Source: Gemmatimonadota bacterium (lineage in GTDB: Bacteria; Gemmatimonadota; Gemmatimonadetes; Longimicrobiales; Gaopeijiaceae). From it: a stretch of DNA of 64,000 nt. The notes under the pieces were generated by a model, which ran no database searches, had not been told where the DNA came from, and was given only the letters and a program-made list of their open reading frames with translations. The stretch's first letter is position 1. Each line of letters begins with the position of its first letter. The stretch is from assembly GCA_034521595.1 (NCBI GenBank), contig JAXHMG010000001.1, positions 52,857-116,856 on the forward strand, in the 5' to 3' direction. Shown here in pieces: positions 35,886 to 46,400 of the stretch. Position numbers and translations under genes: made by a program.

Positions 35886-36250
35886 TAACAGCCCGTGGCA
35901 GAAGTCTGGTGGCCCGCGCACGAGGGTCTTGCGCGCCGCAGGCAAGGCGGCTTCTTGAAGGCGATGCCGTAGCATCGGCGAAAGGAGCCAACGCCGCATG
36001 CGGCCGCGGGCACCGACGCGCAGCGTTGGTCCCCTCGTGCCCTTCGGACCACCGCTGGCGCGGCGGTGCCCGGGGCGGCACGGCCCGACCCACGCCCTCC
36101 GGCGCGGGTGCCCGCGTCGTTGGAGCTCCCTTCGCCGTATGCTACGGCTATGCCTGCGGGGCTCCGCCATAGGAGCACGGGCCGTGGCGCTCCCGGGGCA
36201 CCCGGGCGCAGCACGGGTCCGGGCCACCAGACTTCTGCCACGGGCTGTTA
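35886..36250. mobile_element. non-autonomous foldback/MITE-like element (361 bp) with 28-29-bp perfect terminal inverted repeats flanked by TA
   Basis: ACAGCCCGTGGCAGAAGTCTGGTGGCCC at 35888-35915 is the exact reverse complement of 36221-36248. TA lies at both flanks (35886-87, 36249-50). The internal arms are also partly homologous in inverted orientation (e.g. GCCGTAGCATCGGCGAAAGGAGCC vs the reverse complement GCCGTAGCATACGGCGAAGGGAGC). No ORF with coding character. Confidence 0.65.
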
Positions 36251-36940
36251 ACGCGCCAGGAAGATCCAGTCCGTGGTTTCGGCGCTGATGAGGTGGTTGT
36301 AGAAGGGGATCGGCTCGGCGCGCACTTCGTCGAAGACCGCCTCCAGGCCCCGGCGGAACACCTCGCTGTCCGCGGACGACCAGACGGACAGGACGCCGCC
36401 CGGCGCCAGGTGGGCCTTGACCGCCTCCAGCCCCTCGGCCGTGTAGAACGGGGCGCTCGCACCGTCGAGGTAGTGGTCGGGCGCGTGATCGATGTCGACC
36501 AGGATCAGATCGAACCGGTCCTCGGGCGGGGCGGCCATGCGCTCGAAGAAGTCACCCACTTCCGCGGTGAACCGCGGCTCGGCGTTGAGCGTCTCGGAAA
36601 GGGGGAGGAGCCCGTCCCGAAGCCACCCTACCACCTCCGGCAGCACCTCGATCACGGCGAGCTCGCTCACCCGCTCGGACGCCAGCGCGGCGTGCGCGGT
36701 GTAGCCGAGCCCCAGCCCCCCGACGAGCACCTTCAGCGCCGGGGCCTCGTGCAGGTCGAGCGCGAGGTCCGAGAGCGCCCGCTCGGAGACCGTGTAATAG
36801 CTGCTCATCAAGAACTCGTGGTTCAACGTCACCTCGGTGACGACCGTGCCGGGCATGGAGAGCAGCTCGCGTTTCCGGAGGCACAGCGGCCCGAGGGGTG
36901 TGTGCTCGTAGGCGAGGATGTCCAGGTTGGATGAGGTCAT
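36248..36940 (-). CDS. spermidine-synthase-like (PABS-type) methyltransferase-fold protein
   Basis: 230 aa. VLVGGLGLGYTAHAAL (GxGxG), EVIEVLPEVV, FDLILVDIDH and PGGVLSVW follow the spermidine synthase/class-I MTase motif order. Confidence 0.75.
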   Translation of the reverse strand: MTSSNLDILAYEHTPLGPLCLRKRELLSMPGTVVTEVTLNHEFLMSSYYTVSERALSDLALDLHEAPALKVLVGGLGLGYTAHAALASERVSELAVIEVLPEVVGWLRDGLLPLSETLNAEPRFTAEVGDFFERMAAPPEDRFDLILVDIDHAPDHYLDGASAPFYTAEGLEAVKAHLAPGGVLSVWSSADSEVFRRGLEAVFDEVRAEPIPFYNHLISAETTDWIFLAR

Positions 36941-37014
36941 GGTCGAAAGATATCATCTAGCCGGCCCTCCCTGACGCGGGCACCGGACTTCCGCATCACG
37001 GCGCCCAGCCCCCA

Positions 37015-37330
37015 CGCGCCCTTGGTGAAACGGACGGAGCCAGCCAGGCCGGTCTCGTCACGAACTTCAACGACGGGCTGGCGTGGGGCCTGTTCCCGCT
37101 CCTGTTCGCGTCGCGGCGGACTGTCGCTGGGCCAGATCGGCGTTCTCACGTTCGTCTATCCGGCCGCGTGGGGCATTCTCCAGCTCGGGGCGATCGTGGC
37201 CAGCGTGCTGGCCGACGCGCTGGGGATCGCTCCGGCCATCGTGGCGGTGGGAGCGCTCGTGTTCCTCTCGACGGTCCTGGTCGTGGTCCGCATGCCGGAG
37301 ACGCTTCCCGCGCGTGCTCGCCCGCGTTCG
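37015..37330 (+). pseudogene. decayed 3' remnant of an MFS transporter gene (5' truncated, internal deletion, frameshift ~37112)
   Basis: Frame A reads QAGLVTNFNDGLAWGLFPLLFAS. Frame B continues GLSLGQIGVLTFVYPAAWGILQLG, then jumps directly to AIVASVLADALGIAPAIVAVGALVFLSTVLVVVRMPET (the last TM). About 250 N-terminal and about 90 internal residues expected for this family are missing. Confidence 0.6.
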
Positions 37331-37418
37331 GCAGGCGCAGCGCCGCTTGCTCCTCTCATCCGCACGGCTCATCGTGCGACACTCGGTTTCGCGGACCCTC
37401 CCGCCCCTGGAGACGACC

Positions 37419-40239
37419 ATGATGCCCCCCGCTCGCTTCCGTGCGCTCTCCACCGCCCTGGCCGTCGTCCTCATGACGCTGGCCGGGCCCGACCGCTCCG
37501 TCGCGCAGACCCCCGCGACCCTCGATGCGGACGACTACGGACAGTGGGAACGGCTCGGGTCCGGGGAGCTCTCACCCGACGGCCGTTGGCTCGCGGTCTC
37601 GATCTCGCGGGTGAACGACGAGGACGAGCTCCGCATCCACCGGACCGACGAGGACTCCGTGGTGGTCGTTCCGTACGGCTCGGCTCCGACCTTCTCGGAG
37701 GACGGCCGGTGGCTCCTCTACACCATCGGGCGCTCGGAGGAGGAGCGCGACGAGGCCCGTGAGGCGGAGCGACCGGTCCGTGACGACGTGGGCATCCTCG
37801 ACCTCCGGAACGGGACCGTCCGCGTCCGGGAAGGGGTCGCGTCGTTCGCCCTGTCGGCGGACGGGCGCTACGCCGCGCTCCAGCGCTACCGGGCGGAAGA
37901 CCAGGAGCACGCCGGCGCGGACCTTCTGGTCGAGGAGCTCGGCACGGGCGAGCGCATGGTGTTCGGAAACGTCTCGGACGTCGCGTGGGCCGACCGGGGA
38001 CACCTGCTCGCCATGACCCTCGACGCGGCGGATCGGGTCGGCAACGGGATCTCGCTCTACGACCCGGCTTCGGGCGCGCTCCGTCCCCTGGACCAGGCGG
38101 AGGCGACGTACCGGGAGATGAGCTGGCGCGAGGACGCGGCCGACCTCGCGGTGCTCCGCACGGTCGAAGATTCCGCGTTCGCGGACACGGCGCACGTGGT
38201 GCTCGCCTGGCGGGGGCTCGACGGTGCGTCACCGTCACGCTTCGCGCTCGGGGACGACGGTGGGGTGCAACCGACCGAAGGCATGCGCGTCGTCCAATAC
38301 CGGGCGCCCGAGTGGTCGGACGACGGGCGGGTGGTGTTCGTCGGCGTGCAGGAGCGCGTTCCGGCCCCCGAGCCGTGCGAGGAGCCCGGGCCCACCGAGG
38401 ACGAGGGAGAGCGGGAGGGCGGCGGAGCCGACGCGAACGGCGCGCCCTGTGAGGACGACGAGGAACGGCCCGGCGTCGAGATCTGGCACACGCGGGATGT
38501 CGATCCCGTGCCGCGCCAGCGCGTGCGCGAGGAGCAGCTCCGACAGCGGAACCACTCGAGCGCCTGGCACCTCGACCGAGGCGCGTTCGTCCAGCTCGGC
38601 GACGAGCTGACCGAGCGCACCGAGCTCGCCGAGGGCGGGCAGCCACGCGATCGGCATGGACGAGACGCCGTACGACGAGCACGCGATGTTCCGGCAGCAG
38701 TTCTTCGACCTGTACGCGATCGACGTCGCGAACGGTGAGAAAACCCTCGTCCGCGAGCGTGCCGAGAACGCGGAGGTGAGCCCCGGCGGCCGGCACGCGA
38801 TCTGGTTCGAAGGCGAGCACTGGTGGGCGCACGACCTCGAGGCCGGCGAGACCCGCAACCTGACCGCGGACGTACCGACCCGGTTCGTGAACCTCGACGT
38901 CACCCCCACGCGCGAGCAGATGCCTTCATTCGGCGTGGCCGGATGGCTCGAGGACGACGAGGCGGTGCTCCTCAACGACGAATGGGACGTCTGGGAAGTG
39001 CAGCTCGACGGCTCCGGCGGCCGGGCGCTCACGCACGGCGCGGACGACGAAGTGCGCCACCGGGTGGTGCGGATCGACCCCGAGGCGGACGCGTTCGACG
39101 CCGACGCCCCGCTCTACTACCACGTCTACGGCGAATGGACCAAGGAGGCCGGGTTCGCGCGGGCACGCCGCGGCGACGAGCCCACTCGCCTCGTCTGGGA
39201 CGACAAGCGGTTCGGGGGCTTCGGCGGGGGGCTCGTGAAGGCCGCTGACGCCGAGGTCTTCCTCTTTCGTGAGGAAGCCTTCGACGACTCGCCGGACTTC
39301 TTCGTGAGCGGCCCGGACCTCGCCGACGCCCGGCAGGTCACCCGGACGAACCCCTTCCAGGACGAGTACGCGTGGGGACGCACCGAGCTCGTCGACTACG
39401 AGAACGAGTGGGGCCGGCGGCTCCAGGGCGTGCTCACCTACCCCGCCGACTACGAGCCGGGCCGGCGGTACCCCATGATCGTCTACCACTACGAGCTGCT
39501 CTCACAGGGGATGCACCAGTACCAGGTGCCGGACCCCACGCGGTACTACAACCAACAGATCTGGAGCCAGGAGGGGTACTTCGTGTTCCGGCCCGACATC
39601 GTCTACCGCGACCGGAGGCCGGGCCAATCGAACGTCGAGACGCTCCGTCCGGCCGTGGCCGCGGCCCTCGAGGCCGGACCCGTCGATCCCGAGCGGATCG
39701 GCCTCATCGGGCACTCCTGGGGTGGCTATCAGACCACCTTCTTCGTCACGCAGGACGACCTGTTCACGGCCGCCGTGGCGGGCGCACCGCTCACCAACCT
39801 CATGAGCATGTACCTGTCGTTCTACTGGAACAGCGGCGGCACCGACGCGCGCATCTTCGAGATCAGCCAGGGACGCATGCAGGTGCCGTGGTGGGAGGAC
39901 TGGGACAGCTACTTCGACAACTCGCCCGTCCACCACATTCGGGACATGGACACCCCGCTGCTCATGATGTTCGGCACCGAGGACGGCGCCGTCGAGTTCA
40001 ACCAGGGCGTCGAGTTCTACAACGCCGCGCGCCGCCTCGGCAAGGACATGGTGTTCCTCGCCTACGAGGGCGAGAACCACGGCCTCGCCGAGGAGCCCAA
40101 CCAGCGCGACTACCAGAGCCGGATCCTCGAGTGGTTCGCGCACTACCTCAAGGGTGAGCCGGCACCCGAGTGGATCGAGAGCGGGCTGGACTATCTCGAG
40201 CAAAAGGACCAGGTGCAGGGCACCGGGCCCGGAAGCTGA
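37419..40239 (+). pseudogene. S9-family (prolyl oligopeptidase/DPP-like) serine peptidase, split by a 1-nt frameshift at ~38643
   Basis: Signal peptide MMPPARFRALSTALAVVLMTLAGPDRSVAQ, N-terminal beta-propeller half in frame 1, C-terminal alpha/beta-hydrolase half (GHSWGGY catalytic Ser, later D and H regions) in frame 2. The junction reads ...ELAEGGQ | (extra C) | HAIGMDETPY. Confidence 0.8.
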
Positions 40240-40278
40240 GAGCCGGGTCGGACGGGCGCGGTTCGGGCCCGATGGGCC

Positions 40279-40656
40279 TCACACGTGCACGATCTCGTTC
40301 TTCAGCGCGTAGGTGATCGCGAGCACGTCCTTCCGGGCGGACTCGTCCACCTCGTTCCGGACCAGCACGTCCATGATGTCGTCCACCGCCGCCATGTACT
40401 CGGCGACGCTGATGTTCATGCCGCGGTGCGTGTCGGGCATGCTCCGGCCGGTGTAGGCGTCCGGGCCACCGCTCCCCTCCGAGAGAAAGGTGCGGAGGTG
40501 GCCCTTGATCTCGCTCAGGCGGTCCGGATCGGCGGCGTACGGGCGGAATCGCGGACCGATGGTCGGGTTCTCCATGTGCGCCTCCACGATGTCGTCGACG
40601 ATCGCGGCGATGCCGTCCTGGCCGCCCAGGCGTTGAAAGAGTGTCGGCGTCTCCAT
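40279..40656 (-). CDS. glbN: group I truncated hemoglobin (trHbN)
   Basis: ATG at 40656 (METPTLFQRLGGQDGIAAIVDDIVEAH...). Has FLSEGSGGPDAYTGRSMPDTHRGMNIS, matching the trHb F..GGP..Y.G..M...H pattern. Confidence 0.8.
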   Translation of the reverse strand: METPTLFQRLGGQDGIAAIVDDIVEAHMENPTIGPRFRPYAADPDRLSEIKGHLRTFLSEGSGGPDAYTGRSMPDTHRGMNISVAEYMAAVDDIMDVLVRNEVDESARKDVLAITYALKNEIVHV

Positions 40657-40768
40657 GAGTGGATCCTCCTCTGTTGGGGAAACGAAGGCTCCGAGCGCGA
40701 GTGCGTCGGAGCCGTGCATCGGGCCGCGGCCGCACGGGCAGCGTCGTCCGTGTCGGCCCGCCCATGGA

Positions 40769-40786
40769 GTAGACCGGTCGGTCTAC
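40769..40786. promoter_or_regulatory. palindromic operator GTAGACC-GGTC-GGTCTAC upstream of glbN
   Basis: 18-nt perfect palindrome 113 nt upstream of the glbN start. A near-identical copy lies upstream of the adjacent tetR gene (41488-41505). Confidence 0.6.
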
Positions 40787-40831
40787 CCAAACAGACAAAA
40801 AGATGCGAGACCGGATCGGCGAGGGCGCCCC

Positions 40832-41425
40832 TCATGACGTGACCCCCGCTCCGATCCGGCCGAAGTAGAAATCCAGCATCGCCTCGAGCGGGGCCGGGCT
40901 CCGGCGAAGTCGGCTCCGGAGCGCGGCCCCCTCCCAGCAGTCGACGAGCAGGGCGGACATCTGCGCGCAGTCGGCATCGGCCGGCAGATCACCCGTGCGC
41001 CGCGCCTCCTCCAGGCAGCCGGCCAGGGTGTCCCCGATCTCGGTGAGACACGCGTCGATCTTCTCCCGGAAGACCGGGTTCACGCCGGAGAGCTCCTGGC
41101 CGAGGCCACCGAGCATGCAACCCAGGTAGCCGTCCTGGTGGTACTGCCCGTGGGTCAGCTCGAAGAAGCCACGCACACGGTCGAGCGGAGGGCGGGAGTC
41201 GTCCTCGACGCACGCGTGGAGCGCTTCGTGTACCCGCTCCATGTAGAGGTCCACGACCTCGAGCGCGAAATCCTCCTTGCTCTCGAAGTGATGGTAGAAC
41301 GACCCTCGCGGCACGCCCGCCTCGCGCAACAGGCCCTGGATACCCAGGGCGTTGTAGCCGTGCTCGAGGAGCAGGACGAGCCCGCTCTCGAGCAGCTTGA
41401 GCTTGGTGGGATGTCTCACGGGCAT
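40832..41425 (-). CDS. TetR/AcrR-family transcriptional regulator
   Basis: ATG at 41425. TKLKLLESGLVLLLEHGYNALGIQGLLREAGVPRGSFYHHFESKEDF is a canonical TetR_N HTH. 197 aa. Confidence 0.85.
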   Translation of the reverse strand: MPVRHPTKLKLLESGLVLLLEHGYNALGIQGLLREAGVPRGSFYHHFESKEDFALEVVDLYMERVHEALHACVEDDSRPPLDRVRGFFELTHGQYHQDGYLGCMLGGLGQELSGVNPVFREKIDACLTEIGDTLAGCLEEARRTGDLPADADCAQMSALLVDCWEGAALRSRLRRSPAPLEAMLDFYFGRIGAGVTS

Positions 41426-41487
41426 CTCGGCTCGGCGTGACCCGGCGTCGGCGGGTGGGCACCGCTCGGTGCGTCGCCGCGCCATGT

Positions 41488-41505
41488 GTAGACCGACTGG
41501 TCTAT
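41488..41505. promoter_or_regulatory. palindromic operator GTAGACC-GACT-GGTCTAT in the tetR/ggt divergent region
   Basis: TAGACC-N4-GGTCTA core identical to the site at 40769-40786. It lies 63 nt upstream of the tetR start and 145 nt upstream of the ggt start. Confidence 0.6.
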
Positions 41506-41649
41506 TCCACCACAGAATCGGATGGAGACGGTCTGCTGTCAAGAGACAGTCCACGGGCGCCTCGGGCTGGCGCGAGGAAGCGTCCCCCCGGATGTTGTCG
41601 GTTTCGGGTTTTCGAAGCCGATCTTCCAGATGCCCCGTACGAGGCTCCC

Positions 41650-43380
41650 ATGCAGCGGACGTTGCCACATCATCTCCTTCGCATCCTCCTCCTCGCGCTC
41701 GCCACCCTGGCCGCGCCGATCTCGCTCGAGCGCACGGCGGCCCAGGTCCCGTCGGCGGGCGAAGAGACGGTCCGCACCACCGGCGGCCTCGTCTCCTCGC
41801 AGCAGTGGATCGCGAGCCAGGTCGGAGCCGACGTCCTCTCGGCCGGCGGCAACGCGGTCGACGCGGCCATCGCCACGGGCTTCGCGCTCGCCGTGACACA
41901 CCCGAGCGCGGGCAACATCGGGGGCGGGGGCTTCATGGTCGTCCGCTTCCCGAACGGCCGCGCCACGACCATCGACTTCCGCGAAGAGGCACCGCGCGCG
42001 TCGCACCCGGAGATGTGGCTCGACGACGACGGGGAGTACTCCTCGGAGCGGCACCACGACAGCCACCTCGCGGTCGGCGTGCCCGGGACCGTCGCCGGCT
42101 TCGACAAGGTGCACCGGCTCTACGGTCGGGCCGACTGGGCGGCGCTCGTCGAGCCGGCGGTGGAGCTCGCGCGGGAGGGCTTCGAACTGAGCGACGCCCT
42201 CGCCGAGTCGCTGGCGAGCTTCGTGCGCCGCACGCCGTACGAGGCGAGCGCGGCCGCGTTCTCGGACGGCGGCACCCCCTACGCGGCCGGGGATACGCTC
42301 CGGCAAGCGGACCTCGCGCGCACGCTCGGCCGGATCCGCGACGAGCGCCGGGACGGGTTCTACGGGGGCGAGACGGCCCGGCTGCTCGTGGCCGAGATGG
42401 AGCGCGGCGGCGGGATCATCACCGAGGAGGACCTCGACCGCTACGCGGCGCGCGAGCGAGCGCCCATCCGCGGCACGTACCGCGGCCACGACGTGATCTC
42501 CATGCCGCCCCCGAGCTCCGGCGGGGTGGCGCTCGTGACCATGCTGAACATCCTCGAGGGCTACGACCTGGCCGGGATGGGTCACAACAGCGCGGCCTAC
42601 ATCCATCACCTCGCCGAGGCGATGCGGCGGGCGTACCGGGACCGGGCCCGGCATCTCGCCGACACCGACGTGGTCGACGTGCCCATCCACCGGCTCACGA
42701 GCAAGGCGCACGCAGCGGAGCTCCGGCGGGACATCCACCCCGACCGCGCTTCGGTCTCGCACCCGGCCGACGTCGACACGGGCACCGAGAGCCGGCAGAC
42801 CACGCACTACTCCGTGGTGGACGCGGACGGCATGGCCGTCTCGGTCACGTACACGCTCGAGCAGGGGTACGGATCGGAGATCGTGGTGCCCGGCGGGGGC
42901 TTCCTGCTCAACAACGAGATGGGCGACTTCAACGCCGCGCCGGGCATGACCACGGCAGGGGGCCTGATCGGCACCGAGCCCAACCTCGCCCGGCCCGGCC
43001 AACGCATGCTCTCGTCCATGAGCCCGACCATCGTCGCTCGGGACGGCGAGCTCGTGGCGGTCATCGGCTCGCCCGGGGGTCGGACCATCATCAACACCGT
43101 CCTGCAGCTCGTCCTGAACACCGCGGACTTCGGGATGGACATCCACGAAGCCGTGGCTGCACCCCGGATCCACCACCAGTGGCTCCCGGACCGCCTCCGC
43201 ATCGAAGAGGGCGGCGTTCCGCCGGAGACCGTGGAGCGGCTCGAGGAGATGGGGCACACGGTCCGGATGCGCGGCAGCCAGGGCTCGGCCAACTCGATCG
43301 GGATCGACCCGGAGACCGGGGAACGGATCGGAGTGGCCGACCCGCGGAGGCCGGACGCGGGAGCCCGGGTGGGCGGATAG
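41650..43380 (+). CDS. ggt: gamma-glutamyltransferase
   Basis: ATG at 41650 with signal peptide MQRTLPHHLLRILLLALATLAAPISL. Has GGNAVDAAIATGFALAVTHPSAGNIGGGGFMVV, the autoprocessing/catalytic TTHYSVVD motif and GSPGGRTIINTVLQ. Confidence 0.9.
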   Translation: MQRTLPHHLLRILLLALATLAAPISLERTAAQVPSAGEETVRTTGGLVSSQQWIASQVGADVLSAGGNAVDAAIATGFALAVTHPSAGNIGGGGFMVVRFPNGRATTIDFREEAPRASHPEMWLDDDGEYSSERHHDSHLAVGVPGTVAGFDKVHRLYGRADWAALVEPAVELAREGFELSDALAESLASFVRRTPYEASAAAFSDGGTPYAAGDTLRQADLARTLGRIRDERRDGFYGGETARLLVAEMERGGGIITEEDLDRYAARERAPIRGTYRGHDVISMPPPSSGGVALVTMLNILEGYDLAGMGHNSAAYIHHLAEAMRRAYRDRARHLADTDVVDVPIHRLTSKAHAAELRRDIHPDRASVSHPADVDTGTESRQTTHYSVVDADGMAVSVTYTLEQGYGSEIVVPGGGFLLNNEMGDFNAAPGMTTAGGLIGTEPNLARPGQRMLSSMSPTIVARDGELVAVIGSPGGRTIINTVLQLVLNTADFGMDIHEAVAAPRIHHQWLPDRLRIEEGGVPPETVERLEEMGHTVRMRGSQGSANSIGIDPETGERIGVADPRRPDAGARVGG

Positions 43381-43407
43381 CCGGCAAAGCGGCGCCGCGC
43401 GGTCACC

Positions 43408-46400
43408 TCATACGGCCCGTGCGACCCGTCCGGCCTCGAGGAACAGGAGCGACCCGCGTACGTCCGCTGGAGACAGGGCGAAGCTCTCTCGAACCCAAGC
43501 ACAGTAGGCCTCGAGCTGAGGGCGGTAGTGCTGGACGCGCGCGTCCAGCGCGGGATCGGCGCCGTCGGCGATCCGGTCCGTCTTGAAATCCAGCACCTCG
43601 GCCTGGACCGTACGGCCGTCCCGCTCCACGAGGACGAGGCGGTCGATCACGCCCTCCTGGATCTCGTCCCCCACGCGCCGCACGAACGGCAGCTCCCGCT
43701 CCACCCGGACGGTGACGTCGGGTCCGTCCGGGTACGCGCCGCGGCTGAGGGCTTCGCGCACGGATGCGTGCGTCATCCACGACCGGAAGGTGCGGAGCAG
43801 GCCCGCGAGGTCGTCGCGAGACATGGCCGGAGCGACCCGTCGCGCGCGCGCCCGCAGCGCGTCGTCGTCCGGGATTCCGTCCTCTATCCAACCGATCGCT
43901 TCGCACCACGCGTGCACGACCGAGCCCCGGAGCACGGCGGATCCGGAGTCGATGCGGAGATGAAAGGCGAGGTCGACGTGCTCGCCTCCTTCGAGCGCGG
44001 AGGGGCTCCGGCGCGCCAGGTTGCGGCCGGCGCCGTGAGAGGCGGAGCGCAGGAGCGGCTCACCGGCTGCCGGCTCGACGTCACCTTCGTCCACGCCGTC
44101 ATGCGTCCGTCCCTCCACCTGCTCGAACCACCGGGCGTCGCCGCTCTGCCACACCCTCCCGTCCGCGTCGGCCGCGGCGTCGTCGAGCGCGAGGGCGCTC
44201 CGCACCAGCCCGGCTCCGTGCTTGCCGGAGCCGCCGTCGGGAGGGATCACGAGGTGCATGGCGTGGCGGGCGCGGGTCAGGGCGACGTACAACAGGCTGA
44301 GCCCATCGCGGAGGTCCGCGGCCCGCAGCTCCGCGACGGCCCGCTCGACCTCGGGAAACAATGGGAGCATATCCTTCTTCAGTGACGGATAGACGCGGGT
44401 GATCCGTCCGGTCTCCGGATCGCGCTCGGGCACGGCCGGCCCCTTCGGGTGCCCGGCCAGCGAGGCGTAGAGCTCCGGAAGCAGCACGACGTCGAACTCC
44501 AATCCCTTCGCCCCGTGGATCGTCATGACCTGCACCGGCGCCGAGGACGGATCTTCGACGGGCTCCTCGACGACGTACCGCACGAAGTCCCGGGGCCGGA
44601 GGCTCGCCCGGGCGTCCCAGCGGTGGCCGAGCTCCACGAGCTGCAGGAGCCGGAGCGTCTCCCGCTCGTCGCAGCGCGGCGCGAGCCCGCGCACCCACGC
44701 GGCCAAAGTCGGCCCGTAGCCGTCGGACACCAGGCGCCGCCGCACCCGGTCCGCGAGGACGGGGGCCGCGGCACGATCGGCCGGATCGGTGAGCCCGACC
44801 ACTTCGCCCACCGGACTGCGGGCCACGTGGTAGAGCGCCGCCGAGCTCTTCGGGTGGTCGGCGAGCCGGAGGAGCGAGAGGAGCGCGTTCACCGGCGCCG
44901 TATCCGTGAGCGGCGCGCCGCCTTCCCCGCCGGCCGGCACGCCGAGCGCGGCGAGCTCGTTCATCAGATGCGCCAGGACCTTGTTCGTGCGGACCAGGAC
45001 ACCGATCGAGCGATCCGGCATCTCCTCGTGGAGGTCGCGGATCCGCTCGGCCGCGAACCGGAGCAGGTTCGGTTGCACGCTCGCCGTTCCCTCGTCGTCC
45101 GGTCCCACGTGCACGGCGACGTGGCCCGGGAGGTCCTTCGCGGCCTCGAGCTCGGTGAAGTCCTCCATCCAGGCGGCCGCCACCGCGGGTCCCCCCGGAA
45201 GCTCCTGGATGGGCCTCGCCGACGGCAGATCGCGGAAGACCCGGGCCACGAAGTCCAAAACGACCGGGCTCGAGCGCCAGGAGCGCTCCAGCGTGGCACG
45301 CTCCAGCCCGTAGCGCCGCCCCACCTGGTGCACGAGCTCCGGACGCGCGCCGCGCCAACCGTAGATCGACTGCTTGGGGTCGGCGACGATCACGCCCGCA
45401 CGCTCGTCCAGGTGGCCCGAGAGGAGCTCGTCGACGAGTGGCGCGAGCGCATGCCACTGCTCGAAGGAGGTGTCCTGGAACTCGTCGAGCAGGATGTGCC
45501 GGACCTGCTGGTCGAGCCGGTAGTGGAGGTCCGGCCGCCCGGCGATCCCGTGAGGCCCGCCAAGGAGCGCGGTGACGTCCTCGAACCGGTACGCACCCGC
45601 ACGGCGTTGGGCTTCGGTCAGGGACGCCTCGAAGAGCTCCGCGAGACGGCCGAGGCCCTCGCACGCGCGCCGGAGGCGGCCGGCGAGGTGAATGCGCGCG
45701 AGCCCGCGAGCTTCGTCGAAGATCGAGCCGAAGTCGGCCGGGATGGGTCGCCTCGAGAAGGTTTCCTCTCCTGCGAGCACCTTGGCGCCGATGCCTTTCG
45801 TGAAGACCGTGCTCCAGTCGAGGCGAAAGATCGCGGCCGCCGCTTCGTTCCGCGCATTCGCCCAAGCCTTCATGGGCGTCCCCGCCTTCGTCTCGGGCAC
45901 CTCGAGCGCGCGCAGGCGTTCGGCCAACCGTGCGGCCCGGCCCTCGATCTCGGGAAGCGGCGGCACCTCCGAGACCCCGAGATCGGGGCTCCAGGGATCG
46001 GTCGCGTCCGGCGCGACCTGCCTGCGGATGCGGAGGAGCTCGTCCATCATGTCCAGCAGTGCATCGTGCACCCGACGGTCGGCCGAGCCCTGATTGACCC
46101 GGTGCAGCAGCTCGGAGAGCTCGGACGCGTCGGCCTCGGCCAGAACCGTCTGCACGGCTTCGGTGCGCAGACGATCCTCGGTCGGGGTGTCGGTGATGCT
46201 CCACGCCGGCGGGAGCTCCATCTCCTGTGAGAAGCTCCGCGCGATCCGGATGAAGAACGAGTCGAGCGTGCCGACGTTGATGTGGTGGAGCTCTCGGACC
46301 AGGCGCACGAGCAGCGCGCGACACCGGACGGGGTCGGTGAGCGTGCCGCCGAGCTCCTCGGCCTTCGCGGGGTCGGCCGCGCCTTCGGCGAGCCGCAGGA

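Noticed and set aside
41522-41896. uORF-like ORF METVCCQETV... (two adjacent Cys codons) upstream of and overlapping ggt, as a second Cys-sensing leader
   Set aside because: The ORF has no nearby stop and runs 124 codons out of frame into ggt. It has only two Cys codons. The nearby hairpin CGGTTTCG-GGTTTT-CGAAGCCG has no U-tract and no alternative antiterminator. This is most likely coincidence.
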